Source of the DNA: Octopus sinensis
Lineage: Eukaryota
Assembly: GCF_006345805.1 (NCBI RefSeq)
Contig: NC_043009.1
Coordinates: forward strand, 39,742,001-39,806,000
DNA: 64,000 bases
Reading direction: 5' to 3'
The notes below the pieces were generated by a model, which worked only from the letters and a program-made list of their open reading frames with translations, was not told where the DNA came from and searched no databases. Both the position numbers and the translations under genes were made by a program. Shown piece by piece: positions 39,921 through 51,570 of the stretch. How positions within the stretch are numbered: position 1 is the first letter of the stretch; every line of letters starts with the position of its first letter.

Positions 39921-42900
39921 TCAAATGAAAAGAAAAAAAGGATCGTAAATTGTCCCAGAGATAAAGTTGCCTGTCTTAATTCCTTTTATCCTAGTATTCC
40001 ATACAGCCTCTTTTGCTATTGCTACAACCGTGAGAAAACAATTCTTACCTTCGTTCGTTAGAACTCCCGGTGGGTCAATTTTTATAATTGACTCAGTCGA
40101 CAGCCGTACTCTTCCTTCGCCGGACAACAGATGTTCAGCATAAGCCCACATTTCAGTTATCTCCGGACACTGAACAATAGCGTGAGGGACGGTTTCCCTG
40201 TCCCCCCGCATCTTGGACAGGTCGGCGACTGACGTTTACCATGTCTTGCGAGCTTATCCCAAACGGGCAAGGCACCTCTGTAGCATTGCCAGGTTAAGGA
40301 CTTTTGGAAGTTGTCCAACGTTCTCAACCCGAATGTACGATGAAACAAGCTGTCCAGTTGAATAAATCCGAGACCTAGAGTCGACCCCAGGCCATCGTCG
40401 CATTCAGACTCTACCAACCCACTATATAAAATCCGTGTGGAACCCCCACCGCTGGCGTTGCCCGAGCGCCGGAACAGCAAGAGGGCCTTACGGCACTCTT
40501 TATGCCACTCACTCGACCTCGGTCTACGAGAACACCAGGCTTCCTGTTCGCAAAAACTCTTGAGCTCAGGGAACATTTGTCTGGCCAGCAGCGGAGACCA
40601 CACCCGTTCACTATCCAGGAGAATCCAGAGGTGCCTCAACCTCAACGCATGTCTGCGCATCATTAACCAAGGCATCCCTAAACCTCCATTTAAAGGCTTT
40701 TGACAGCAGACAGAGCGTTTCACAAGTGGCGACCTGCCCTTCCACAAAAAGCGAAAGAGCTGTCTCTCCAACCTGATCAACCACGAATCCGGACAGGGCA
40801 CGACAGTCAGGCGGTAGGTAATGACCGATGCGATAAACACATTGGCCACTTCCGCCCTCCCTTTCAGGGATAGCCACCGCCAAGACCAGGTCTTGACTAC
40901 TGCAGCCACCCTGCTCAATACCTCCGTCCAGTTCTTCTCTATCTGGAGGCCTGGTCCAAACCAGACTCCAGCAACTTAACCGGTCCCTCCGTCCAGCGCC
41001 TAACAACACTGTCTGAAGGCATCGACTTGCCAACCCAGGTGCCGAGCTGCAAGCCGACCGACTTTTCCCGGTTAATCTTTGCTCCTGCTACCTCCTCGTA
41101 AGCCTCAATAGTCTTACCTACTTCACGTAGGCGTGCCACTGTGGTTACACTGATAGTGATATCATCCGCGAAAGCCGTAACAAACTCCTCTAGTCCTGGT
41201 TCTCTCGGGATGCCACTCAACCTTTGCAGTAATGGCTCGAGAGCCATCACATACAAAAGTGGTGAAAGCGGACATCCTTGACGAACCGAGCGTCTGATGC
41301 AGAACGGCTTCGAAAGGAAACCGTTCACCCGAACTATCGAGTCAATGTTGTGGTACAAAGCGATAAACCACCTGAGGAAGCCAAGGCCCAGGCCAAACCG
41401 CGCAAGTACAGTCGCTAGGTATCGATGGTCAACCCTATCAAAAGCTTTAGACTGGTCCAATGCACCAATGCCCCACCTTTGCCAGATTTATTACCAACCT
41501 CTCTATGGTATAGCGAATAAGATGGAGGGTATCCTGAATGGTTCTGCCTGGGATGGCACATGTCTGTGCCTCCCCGACTATACCATTCGCGACACGCGCC
41601 AACCTTTTTGCTAGAACCTTGGCCAAAATCTTCACTTCTGCGTTTAACAGAGTGATGGGCCTGAAATTCTCTAGAACGTCCCCCTTGTCCGGGTCCTTTC
41701 TGACCAACGTCACTACTCCCCGGCGCACAGATCTGGGGATAAACCCATTCTGTTTCCAGTTCGCGTACACGTCAGTCAGTAGTTGCCCGAACAAGTCTGG
41801 CATACATTTATACAGCTCGTACGGAAGACCATCAAGTCCCGGTGACTTACCCGCTTTACAATCGGCCAAAGCCTCCATCACCTCCTCAAGTGTGATTGGC
41901 CCTTCGCAAGACTCCGCATCCGACCCCGAGAGGCACGGCAGCCCGGTAAGAAAGTCCTCGAGGGCTCTCCCACCACCAGGACCGCCGTCACCCCCGAACA
42001 GCTGGGCGAAGTACTCCCGAAAGACCTCACACATTTTCTCGGGTTCGTTTATCAAGACACCATTTTGATTCGTCAAAGACCGAATAGAGGAACTATTTCC
42101 TTGCCGAGCTTCCACCACTCGGGCCCATCCAGCGGCTTTGATTCCTTCACTTCCCATTGCACGTAACTTAGCGCTGGTAATACTTCCCATGTGGTGGGCT
42201 TCAAGATGCTGGTTTAACTCCAGTCTTTTCACCCTCGCTTGGTCTGTATTACCAGTCCTCCAGGCTTCTTCTAGTTCCTTAACTAGACCATCTCCTATTT
42301 TACGTCCCTTCTTAGCTAAACTTATGCTAAACCTAATAGACTCATATTTGATGGCTCTTTTTAGGGCGTACCACCATTTGTTATTAATGATGGTACCTGT
42401 TAATGCCCTCTGTATTAACATCTTGATCCGCTTTCTGTACTCCTCAATCGCCAAAAGGGACGTATTGAGTTTCCAGTAGCCAGATCCCTGTCTATGCAAC
42501 TTATCTACCGTCAGTTACAGGTAACCATCTTGTGGTCACTGTAGCTGACTAGAAAAAACTGTGGACACTCAACTATGGACTTATCTTTTTCTCTAATTAA
42601 AATCCTATCTAGATATGTTCTGGTAGACCCGTCACTATTTGACCACGTCCACTGTGGAGTGTTCGGGTGCTCCAACCTATATGGATCTGCTAGCTGAAAT
42701 TGACTTAGCAGATCCCGAAAGCCTGTGTTACATTTTCTGTTCATGTTCGAGTTGAGCCAACACAATCTGTGTGTGCTGCACATATTGTATTAGAGTCTCC
42801 TAACACTACTAGTGAATGCGACGTGGCTAGGAACTTTCCTAGGCCACGAAAATATTCAGTTTGCGGGCCAATAATGTTTGGTGCATAAATAGCGACCAGC

Positions 42901-43219
42901 CTGATTGTCTTGCCACAACTGAATGTCAAGTCGAGAACGACCAGCCTGCCTTCTGGGTCAGAAAAAACCAACTTTTTCTCGGCTACCCGGTTTCTTTTTA
43001 GTAGGACCAACACCCCACCCCCACCTCCCGCCCGACTCGGAGAAACGTTTTCTCGTAGCCGTTCAGGAGGGGGAGCAGATCTCTTGGCCCCTTCACCCGG
43101 GTTTCCGTTGCAACAATTACATCCAAATTTCTCGACCTGATGTCATTCAGAAAGCGTCCTTGCTTCCAGCTTGACAACAGGCCATGAACATTTAAACAAC
43201 CAATGTGAATAGCCATCAC
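39921..43219 (-). pseudogene. LINE ORF2: AP endonuclease plus reverse transcriptase, frameshifted
   Basis: IGCLNVHGL, AIYAPN, LGDSN, YLDRIL, SDH (APE); KSPGLDGL, FRPITLLN, DQSKAFDRV, RQGCPLSP, FADD (RT); CPRC..ETVPHAIVQC. Confidence 0.95.
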
Positions 43220-43310
43220 TTACCTGTTAATTAGGCTTGTCCGGTGGAGGGGGACCCTCCACCTTTTTTTATCCAGGGTCGGAGGTGGACGGTCTTGGGA
43301 AATAGATTTG

Positions 43311-44775
43311 TCAAAATCCCGTCTCACACCGACACAGAATTATCAGGTGGAGGGGAATCTCCACCTTTTCCTTTTCTCGCGGGATCGGAGCTGGTAATCC
43401 ATGAAATATCGACTTGTTAAAATCTAATCTCAATGAAGATACAGTCTTTCTGTACTTATTTTGTAGAATTCTATAAGTCTTATTTGAGACTTCATATATG
43501 TCGTAATTGATAAATTCCTCTGAAAGGTTATCAATTTTTTTTACAGTCTTTATGAGTTGAATGTCTCTCATGAGCTCAGTATCTTTAGTGTATACGGCTA
43601 TTATGCCTTTTTCTTCTTTTTTCTTCTGGCAGTCTTTTTTGGTCGTTGTTCTGTAGTAGTCGCCGCTCTCGGCTGGGTTGCTGGTTGTATTTTTCTTTTG
43701 TTTGTTGTTTTTTTCTTCTGTTTCTTCTTCTTTATCTTCTTCCTCTTTGTCTTTTTTCTCCTCTTCCTCCTCTTCTTCATTTTCCTTGCAGTTCCTTCGA
43801 ATGTGGCCTAATTGACCACATAAAAAACATCGAGGTTTTCGGCCCTCAACAAACACCACGAGGTTCTCCTCCCCTACCTCAATTGTCTCAGGAATTGTTT
43901 GAATTATTTTAGGGTCCGCTTGAATGAGAAGATTATTGTTTTACCATCCCAGCGTGGTTTTCCGTAGCGGTAGCCTGGAGGAGAGTAATTTTTTCTACCT
44001 CTTTGATTAGGACTGCCGCCAACAACCACATAGGTTCGACCTCTGGCGGGACCCTTGTAATTTTTATTCGCGACGTCCTCATCCCCATATAATAGGGTAT
44101 TAACTCCACGTCGTTCGTTTTCAACGTTTCAACTGAGTTCTTGTGTGCTATTTCTTTATTGGTGAACCTTACTTCCACCGTTCCGAATTTTTTTCCTCTT
44201 CTCAGAAATACTACGTCGCCCAATATTGGCTTTAAGCACTTTTCTATTTTCTCTTCTGACATTCTTTCAATTTTTCTATTTTGTAGACAATATGTTTTGA
44301 AATTATTGTTTTTTGCTTTTCTTCCTGTAATAACTTTAGCGGAGGTTCAATTTTCACACTGTTGTCAGTTATTTCCATCATTTTGCTGTATTTCATAATT
44401 TCGCTTTTATCGTCGACAGTATCTGGGTTCCACCCCCAGCAGCCAACGCAAAACTTTTTTTCCATTTTTTGGTTCTATCTGGATGCTAGGCACATCAATT
44501 ATTCTCTTCGACACAATGCCTTTGTTCTCTGGCAAAGTCGGAAACTCTTCTGGTGAAAGTTCTGACGAGCTCTCAGACACATCTCCAAAAATATCAAATA
44601 TATTATCCTCTCTGCTATTCCTTCTTGTAGCGGGGAAAACCCCTATTTTCTTGTCTGTAGTTGGCTCCTCGCCGGACATGTATTTCCTCCTCTCAACAGG
44701 AGAAACAAGTATTTCTGCTCCAACGGTAGGCTCCATGCTAGACGACATTCTTCCCCCCAAAGGGGGAATGAACAA
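43311..44775 (-). pseudogene. LINE ORF1 (gag-like, RRM-like region plus CCHC zinc knuckle), frameshifted
   Basis: Fragments 44775-44407, 44465-44244, 44262-43933, 43859-43311; CFLCGQLGHIRRNC = CX2CX4HX4C. Confidence 0.85.
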
Positions 44776-44975
44776 CGCGTGCTACCACAAGCACTAAGTG
44801 TTTTCAATTGAAAACTCCAACAGTTAAGTTATTCAACAGTTTAACAAGAAACAACAGTTGTTAACAATATTAACACCACGAAACAGCAATTCTTACTTCA
44901 CGAACACATGTGCGGCAGACGAAATACGGCTACGCATTTCGCCCGGCGTGCTAACATTTCTGCCAGCTCGCCGCC

Positions 44976-45449
44976 AATATAAAGCAACGAGCTAGCAGAA
45001 AGATTAACACGCCGGGTAAAATGCTTAACGGAATTTTGTCCGTCTTTGTATTCTGATTTCAGAGGCGGCGAGCTGGCAGAATCGTTAGCACGCCGGGCGA
45101 AATGCATAGCCGTATTTCGTCTGCCGTTACGTTCTGAGTTCAAATTCCGCCGAGGTCGACTTTGCCTTTCATCCTTTCGGGGTCGATAAATTAAGTACTA
45201 GTTACGCACTGGGGTCGATGTAATTGACTTAATCCGTTTGTCTGTCCTTGTTTGTCCCCTCTATGTTTATCCCCTTGTGGGTAATAAAGAAACATATATT
45301 CTGATTTCAAATTCCACTGTGGCCAACTTTTCTTCTTATCCTTTATGCGTCGATAAAATAAGAACCAGTTGCATACTGTGTTTAATGGAATCGACTTACC
45401 TTCTTAACCACAATCGTCGGCCTTGTGCCAAAATTTGAAACCAATATTT
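44976..45449 (+). mobile_element. Old family B-related SINE interrupted by a young family B SINE
   Basis: Continuous with the 39166-39388 sequence once 45062-45309 is removed. Confidence 0.8.
45062..45296 (+). mobile_element. Young family B (Nin/Deu-domain) SINE
   Basis: 13-bp TSD tattctgatttca (45049-45061, 45297-45309); B-box-like gagttcaaattcc; Deu/Nin-like gtcgactttgcctttcatcctttcggggtcgataaa. Confidence 0.92.
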
Positions 45450-46089
45450 TAACTGAATATTAAACGAATTAGCATCACTCGACAGAAGAAAAAGAAAAGA
45501 AAAATAACGACTGAATTTAGAATATTCCATCTAAAGAATCTAACGTAGAACGATAATATTTATTTCGAATACATGAATGAAAGGACCTTCTCTAATTAGA
45601 AAAACTATTACAAAATATTCACTGTAGCAATACAAAATATCTGCTGAAGAATAATGGAAAACCAATGCAATTAGCGACTCAAAATGAACAAAGTAAAGCA
45701 AATTTCTTTTTCTTCAAGCCAGCCAACAAATAAATTCAAAGTAGATGCTAAAATGACAATCATTAGGAAAATGTGAAAAACCGAAAAGCTAAGCCAAAAT
45801 TAGGGCTACAGAATGCCATACTAAAGTGATAACATGAAAAGCTTCTGCTTGGTTAAATAATGAAACAAAAAAAATACAGAACAGGTTGGAAGTAGACAAA
45901 AATAAATTCGCAACACTTGTTTGAGAGCGCAGGTTTCAAAGCTGTCACTTAACTATTCGTCATGGCGGCACAGAATTAAAGGCATTCCTACCGGAAGTCA
46001 CTAAAAGCATGTGATAAAAGAGATTACGTTAAGTGATTGATGAATATATGGAGGTGGCTAAGAAGCTATGAGTCATAGTGCATTTGGCA

Positions 46090-46470
46090 GCGCAGTCTTA
46101 GCCAAATAAGAATACAACTACACGCCCGGCAGAATTGGTGCAGTGATATAGTGCACGTTATAGCAGCATTGTGAAATACAAGCAGGAAAGTGAGTGGTGT
46201 GTACATACACCATAACACTTGCTACAGAATGAGAAAGCAGCAATGGCGTCGGATATACCAGTTCACACAAACGGGGAAATCAAGGCTAATGGACCAGATA
46301 TTGCTGTCAAAATCTACTGTAAAAAGAAGTGTCTTGTATTCGAAGTCTTAGTATATAATCCATCTTAGTATATGATATCTCTAAATGGAATGCTTAAGTA
46401 ATCCTTATGCAATGAACTGAAGATTAAGATTATCAGAATGAAGCGGGGTGAAAACGGAAGCAGCCGCTAC
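46090..46470 (+). pseudogene. Old RLE-type (R4/Dong-like) LINE 3' fragment
   Basis: TNGEIKANGPDIAV is homologous to TNREIKANRPDIVA of 49887-50312; followed by (ACA)n. Confidence 0.65.
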
Positions 46471-46514
46471 AACAACAACAACAACAATAACAACAACCAA
46501 AAAGGAATTTTATT

Positions 46515-46720
46515 TGTTCAAAGCACGAAGCTTGAAATTTGGTGATAGAAGTTTAGTTGGTTACATCGATCCCAGAGTTCAACAGGTAGTTATTGTACCG
46601 TATCCAAAAATATGAAAGGAAAAGTCGACCGCGGGGAAATTTAAGCTCAAGACGTAAACATCTGAAAGAAATGTCTTTAAGCATTTTTTTTCCAGCGCAG
46701 TAATGATTCTGCCTGCTCGC
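46515..46720 (-). mobile_element. Old family B-related SINE
   Basis: atgaaaggaaaagtcgaccgcggggaaatttaagctca...aagcatt...gattctgcc. Confidence 0.65.
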
Positions 46721-46929
46721 AAGATGCATTGAAAAATGTCAAAATTTAAGGCAAACGAATAACCAAACGAGGATTTTGAAATATTCACGTCATATAGAAA
46801 TAGAATACTTTCTATAACCAAAACAATATTCTGAACATATCAAAGGCTCACAGACACGTTTTGTAGTGCAGAATAAAACAAGCAACACGACAACAGAAAG
46901 AATAACAGCAGCTGCAACTGCATCAGTAG

Positions 46930-46940
46930 CATCATCATCA

Positions 46941-46985
<45 letters not shown>

Positions 46986-46989
46986 GTAT

Positions 46990-47036
<47 letters not shown>

Positions 47037-47075
47037 TTGATGGTGGTCATCAACCTGATGTCGGTGGTGGTGGTG
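46930..47075. repeat. (TCA)/(TTA)/(TAG)/(TGG) trinucleotide microsatellite
   Basis: Seen directly. Confidence 0.95.
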
Positions 47076-47904
47076 ATAAATTTGTTTCTTGTTGCAAACA
47101 GAAAGTTGTATTTCTTGTAGAATGAAGCTGTGTACTTGAGAAATTTCTTTTCCAAAGGCGAGAAAATAACTCAATTAAAATGAACGACAAATTCACCCAG
47201 AATAAATACAGGTCTTCATAAAACGAGGATAACAAACTTCACACACGTGATTAATACACACTAACACACACACACACACACATACATAGATGCAGACGTT
47301 GCACGTAGACTCGTACAGACGCTGAACTAGAAACATACGCAATTACTTAGTTTATGTTGTAGAATCATGACCAAGAGAGAAAACTGACAATAATAATCCT
47401 ACATTGCAAGGAAGAAAAAAGATAATAAAATACAATAAAATAACGCAGGCGAACTGAAATACAAGATAATAATAATTCTTTAGAATTATTATTTTACTTT
47501 TTATTCTTCTTTATATGAAGAAAGAATTATTATAATTATCTTGTCTTTCAACAAAATAACAATGAAGTTCTTTTTTAATATACGGAGAAGGCCAAGTATT
47601 GTAGGTGAAATTATGGTCGATTAAAATAGCTCACAGTGCTTATTTTATCGAACTCAGAAAAAATAATAGACAAAAGAATTTGAATTAAAAACAAAGGAAC
47701 ATATGGGAATTGTCCCTTATCGTTCACCAGTATGCTATAGAATGGAACCGTCACTTGTAAATAAGAACGAATCCGTAGCTTGTACCACACATTCGCTAGT
47801 TTTACATGTCTAAAAGGTAGTTGTGAGCCAACATTGATGCTGCGGCAATCCTCTCACTCTTGACCAGCAGCTGACAAGGGTGTACTTACATTAGTGTGCC
47901 CACA

Positions 47905-48320
47905 TTCCCGATTTGTTTCGTCCCAACTTCCAGGAAAATGGATATGTTTCAATGTAATTTTCTACAAAGAAAAAACCTTTCTGATTGTGAAGAATCCAGT
48001 TATATCGGAATTGTCGTGAAAAATTTTTTCGAAGGTCGGGATAACTCAGACGAGCCGACCTTGTTTCCCCCTAACTTCCGGAAAAATAGGTATGTTTAAA
48101 TGAAATTTTCTACAAATACCTTTCTGGTAATGTGGATTCCAATTTTATCGGAATTTGTCGTGAGAATCTTTTCAAGGGTGAAGAGGAAAATTTCGGATAA
48201 TTCAAACGGGTCGATTTTGTTTTCTCATAACTATTAGAAAATGGGTATTTTAATGAAAATTCCAAGAAATGCCTTTTAGATAGTATAGAAGACGATTCTA
48301 TCCGAATTTAAAGGGAAAAT
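47905..48320. repeat. About 3 degenerate tandem units of ~150 bp
   Basis: Recurring ttgtttc...aacttcc.ggaaaa.t.g.tatgttt.aatg.aattttctacaaa...cctttctg...atcggaatt. Confidence 0.75.
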
Positions 48321-49170
48321 AAAATAGGAGGGAGCGCATAGATACATATTGTCACCCCTCACCTTATATTGTTTCAAAATTTTAAGTTTAATTTTGTAGA
48401 TATCATCGTAATTGACATCCACTGAAGGACATTTGAAATGAATTTAATTTGAAAAATAAGCAACGAGGAAACTAAGTCGACAGATACGCTTGTGCAAGTG
48501 TACCTTCGGATGGGACTCATTTTCTACTGAATAGACTGGAGAGACAGAAAATGCAGTTATTTGCTCAATGACAAAATGCTCCGTCCAGATCAGCGATAGG
48601 ACCTGCAATCTTGCAATGGTCATACCATCGCAACGCCAACAACCTAGCGACTAGGATACAGCTCCTGATGGAAATAACAGCCATGTCGCTTCTGAAAGAT
48701 GTGTGAGTAAATTATTTATGTTTATACGTCTTAATGTTTTGAATACATTTTTTTAAAAATGTGTTTAGAAACAAGACTTCGCTAGGTAGGATTAATTTCT
48801 TAATATATTCTTGGGGGTTAGTTTGTAGTCCTACACAGCTTGTTTTATAAATCGTGTCCCGTAATACAAGGCCTTTTCCTTCGTTTTCCCACGTAATATG
48901 CGGCAGGTGATACATATCGTTTTGGGGGAAACTAATCTTCTTTTATTTTCCTTTGCTTTTGGTGTAGTTAACCTGTTTACCTCTAACACATTACAATTTG
49001 TCCCATCACAACCACCGAAAGTATACTACTAGCGTTTCCATCGGTTCTATACCATTATTCAGGATCGGCTGAATTGTTCCCTATCTTTGATTCTCGATTA
49101 TATGTACATCTCATCTTATATGTAGATCTCATCTTTCACAATCCATTTAATGAATGGCTATTATTATTAT

Positions 49171-49702
49171 TGAGTGAGAGAGCAGTGGATACCATCAAAG
49201 TGACACTAGGGTAAAATATACGAAGCCCAGTATATCCATCATGACTACCCGTCTGATAAGAGTACACTAGGCACACGCATCACAACCATATGTGCACGAC
49301 ATGGTGATCTCATATCAAGATAAACAGCACATGACCTTGCAGGTGGGGCCCAGTTAGAATTTCATTCTGGTCGAGTAACCTATCCCGCTCAAAAGGTCCC
49401 TGAATAAGGGTTGTATAAGGTTGTTGAACGAAACACCCATGTTTCCAGAGGTGAATTATTCAAACCCCAAAGAATCCCGCTCAACACATGGCTACTTCTG
49501 CTTGTGATCAGAGATGCACAAATCGTCAGCCACTAAGGGACATGCTCAACTGGTTATGGTCAAACAATTAACAAGCAAATCTGTGGTATTGAGCAGAATA
49601 TTTGCTGTAGCCCATCTTTCATACCAAGACAAAACAATGAACATGATAACACTTCCAATCAGTTAAGCCACGAGAGCCACTGCCTGGTACTGCATCAGGG
49701 CA
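49171..49702 (-). mobile_element. Non-coding ~530-bp element bounded by (TTA)/(TTG) tracts
   Basis: GC-richer unique sequence with sharp microsatellite borders; minus-strand end ...ctctctcactc-aataataat. Confidence 0.55.
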
Positions 49703-49761
49703 CATTATTGTTGTTGTTGTTGTTGTTGTCGTCGTCGTTGTTGTTGTTGTTGTTGTTGTTG

Positions 49762-49798
<37 letters not shown>

Positions 49799-49821
49799 CA
49801 TTATTATTATCATTATTATTA

Positions 49822-50431
49822 TTCAGTTGTTTTATCTTTATAACGTGCTTTCATTTCACTATCGTGCGCAGCTCTGTGTGCCTTGGTTATGTGCTGTGGT
49901 TTGCTGTGATGCTCTTATGGTTACTGTATTGAAAGTGTTTTGCGTATAATGTGTGCTGTACCCAATAGTGCAATTTTCTGTATGTTGTATATATTTGTAA
50001 GTCCTGGTGCTTTTTGTTATATATTTGTCTGAATAGTTTTTTCATCATAACTAATGCGCCCACTATGATAGGAATTGCTTCTGTTTTTAGATTCCACATT
50101 CGAATTACCTCTATTTCCAGGTCTTTGTATTTTGAAAGTTTCTCCATTTCTTTTAGAGAAACGCTGTCATCTGCTGGTACTGATACATCAATTAAAAAGC
50201 ATTTTTCTTCATGATCTCTGGCAACTATATCTGGCCTATTGGCCTTAATTTCTCTATTTGTGTGTGTTGACATATCAAAGATTATAGTTGCTTTCTCGTG
50301 TTCTGTGACCATTTCTGGCGTGTGCCTATACCATCTTTTTCTATTGTTATTCTATTGTGTTGGCATAGCTTCCAGTGTATGTAGGTCCCAACTCTGTCGT
50401 GTCTGTGAATATATTCCTTCTTAGCCAGGCC
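49822..50431 (-). pseudogene. R4/Dong-like LINE 3' fragment with restriction-like endonuclease
   Basis: YIHRHDRVG, NRPDIV...LIDVSVP...EKLSKY (RH..., PD..D, K..KY signature); ends in (AAT)n and is flanked by TAA-type repeats on both sides. Confidence 0.9.
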
Positions 50432-50539
50432 ATTATTATCATTATTATTATTATTAGTAGTAGTAGTAGTAGTAGTATAGTAGTAGTAGTAATAGTAGTG
50501 GTGGTGGTGGTGGTGGTGGTGGTGGTGGTGGTGGTGGTG

Positions 50540-50594
<55 letters not shown>

Positions 50595-50879
50595 TAGAAG
50601 TAGGAAATGAGGTAAAATAATATTTGCTGTCCATTTATCCGTCGATACATTCGGAGTTTAAATCCCCTCCAGGATCGTTTTACTTCTTATCATTATGAAG
50701 TCGCTAAAGTAAATAAGAGCGGCCATGTTTGAGTAACCACGGTAGGCCAAAACAAACTCACAATTATAAAGAGAACACACAAAAATAATTTGAAAGTGTA
50801 CAAACATTTCAGAAATTCTTCAAGCGATTATAATATAAACCAGACAAGAGATACCTGATGATGGTCTTGCTGTTGTTGC

Positions 50880-50924
<45 letters not shown>

Positions 50925-51103
50925 CGTCGTCGTCGTCGTCGCTGCGTTTGTTGTGGCCGTGGTCATGATTGTTCGAGCTACTGTTATTCTGCTACACGGC
51001 CGGTGATGGTTGCCTCTCATTGTTGCCTGTTTGATAATGTTACTAATAATGACGTCGGCGGCGGTGACGACGAAAGACGACGACGACGATGACGGCGACG
51101 ACG

Positions 51104-51135
<32 letters not shown>

Positions 51136-51395
51136 GATGATGAAGATGATGATGATGATGACGATGATGATGAAGATGATGATGATGATGACGATGATGA
51201 TGATGATGATGATGATGACGACGACGACGATGACGATGATGGCAGCAGCGATCATGATGGTGATGATGATCGTGACAGTGAGAAAACAAGAACGCTTTAC
51301 AACCCTATCCTTTTGTTAAAAAACCCTCATTCGATTCCGAACTAAAATACTTCAGTCGTGCTTAATTCGTAACAAATGTGCACAGACAACAAGAA

Positions 51396-51484
<89 letters not shown>

Positions 51485-51485
51485 C

Positions 51486-51541
<56 letters not shown>

Positions 51542-51570
51542 TAATAATAATAACAACAACAACAGCAACA
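50432..51570. repeat. Cluster of trinucleotide microsatellites (TAG, TGG, TTG, GAT/GAC, AAT)
   Basis: Seen directly; explains the poly-D/T/N/I ORFs. Confidence 0.95.

Larger units (their letters stand above)
39573..44912 (-). mobile_element. Full-length L1/Tx1-clade non-LTR retrotransposon (frameshifted)
   Basis: Perfect 16-bp TSD cggcagacgaaatacg (39557-39572, 44913-44928); ORF1 with CCHC knuckle, ORF2 with APE, RT and C-terminal Cys/His motif. Confidence 0.95.
39391..44975 (-). mobile_element. Family B SINE split by the LINE (3' part 39391-39572, 5' part 44913-44975)
   Basis: The two halves join across the TSD to give a sequence matching 34250-34480. Confidence 0.9.

Noticed and set aside
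47457-47549. AT-rich inverted repeat
   Set aside because: Low complexity, with no ribozyme motif or tail; could arise from (AAT)n context.
49486-49535. Minus-strand CTGACGA followed by a TTTGTG/CACAAG stem
   Set aside because: Followed by CAGAAG rather than GAAA, with no helix III.
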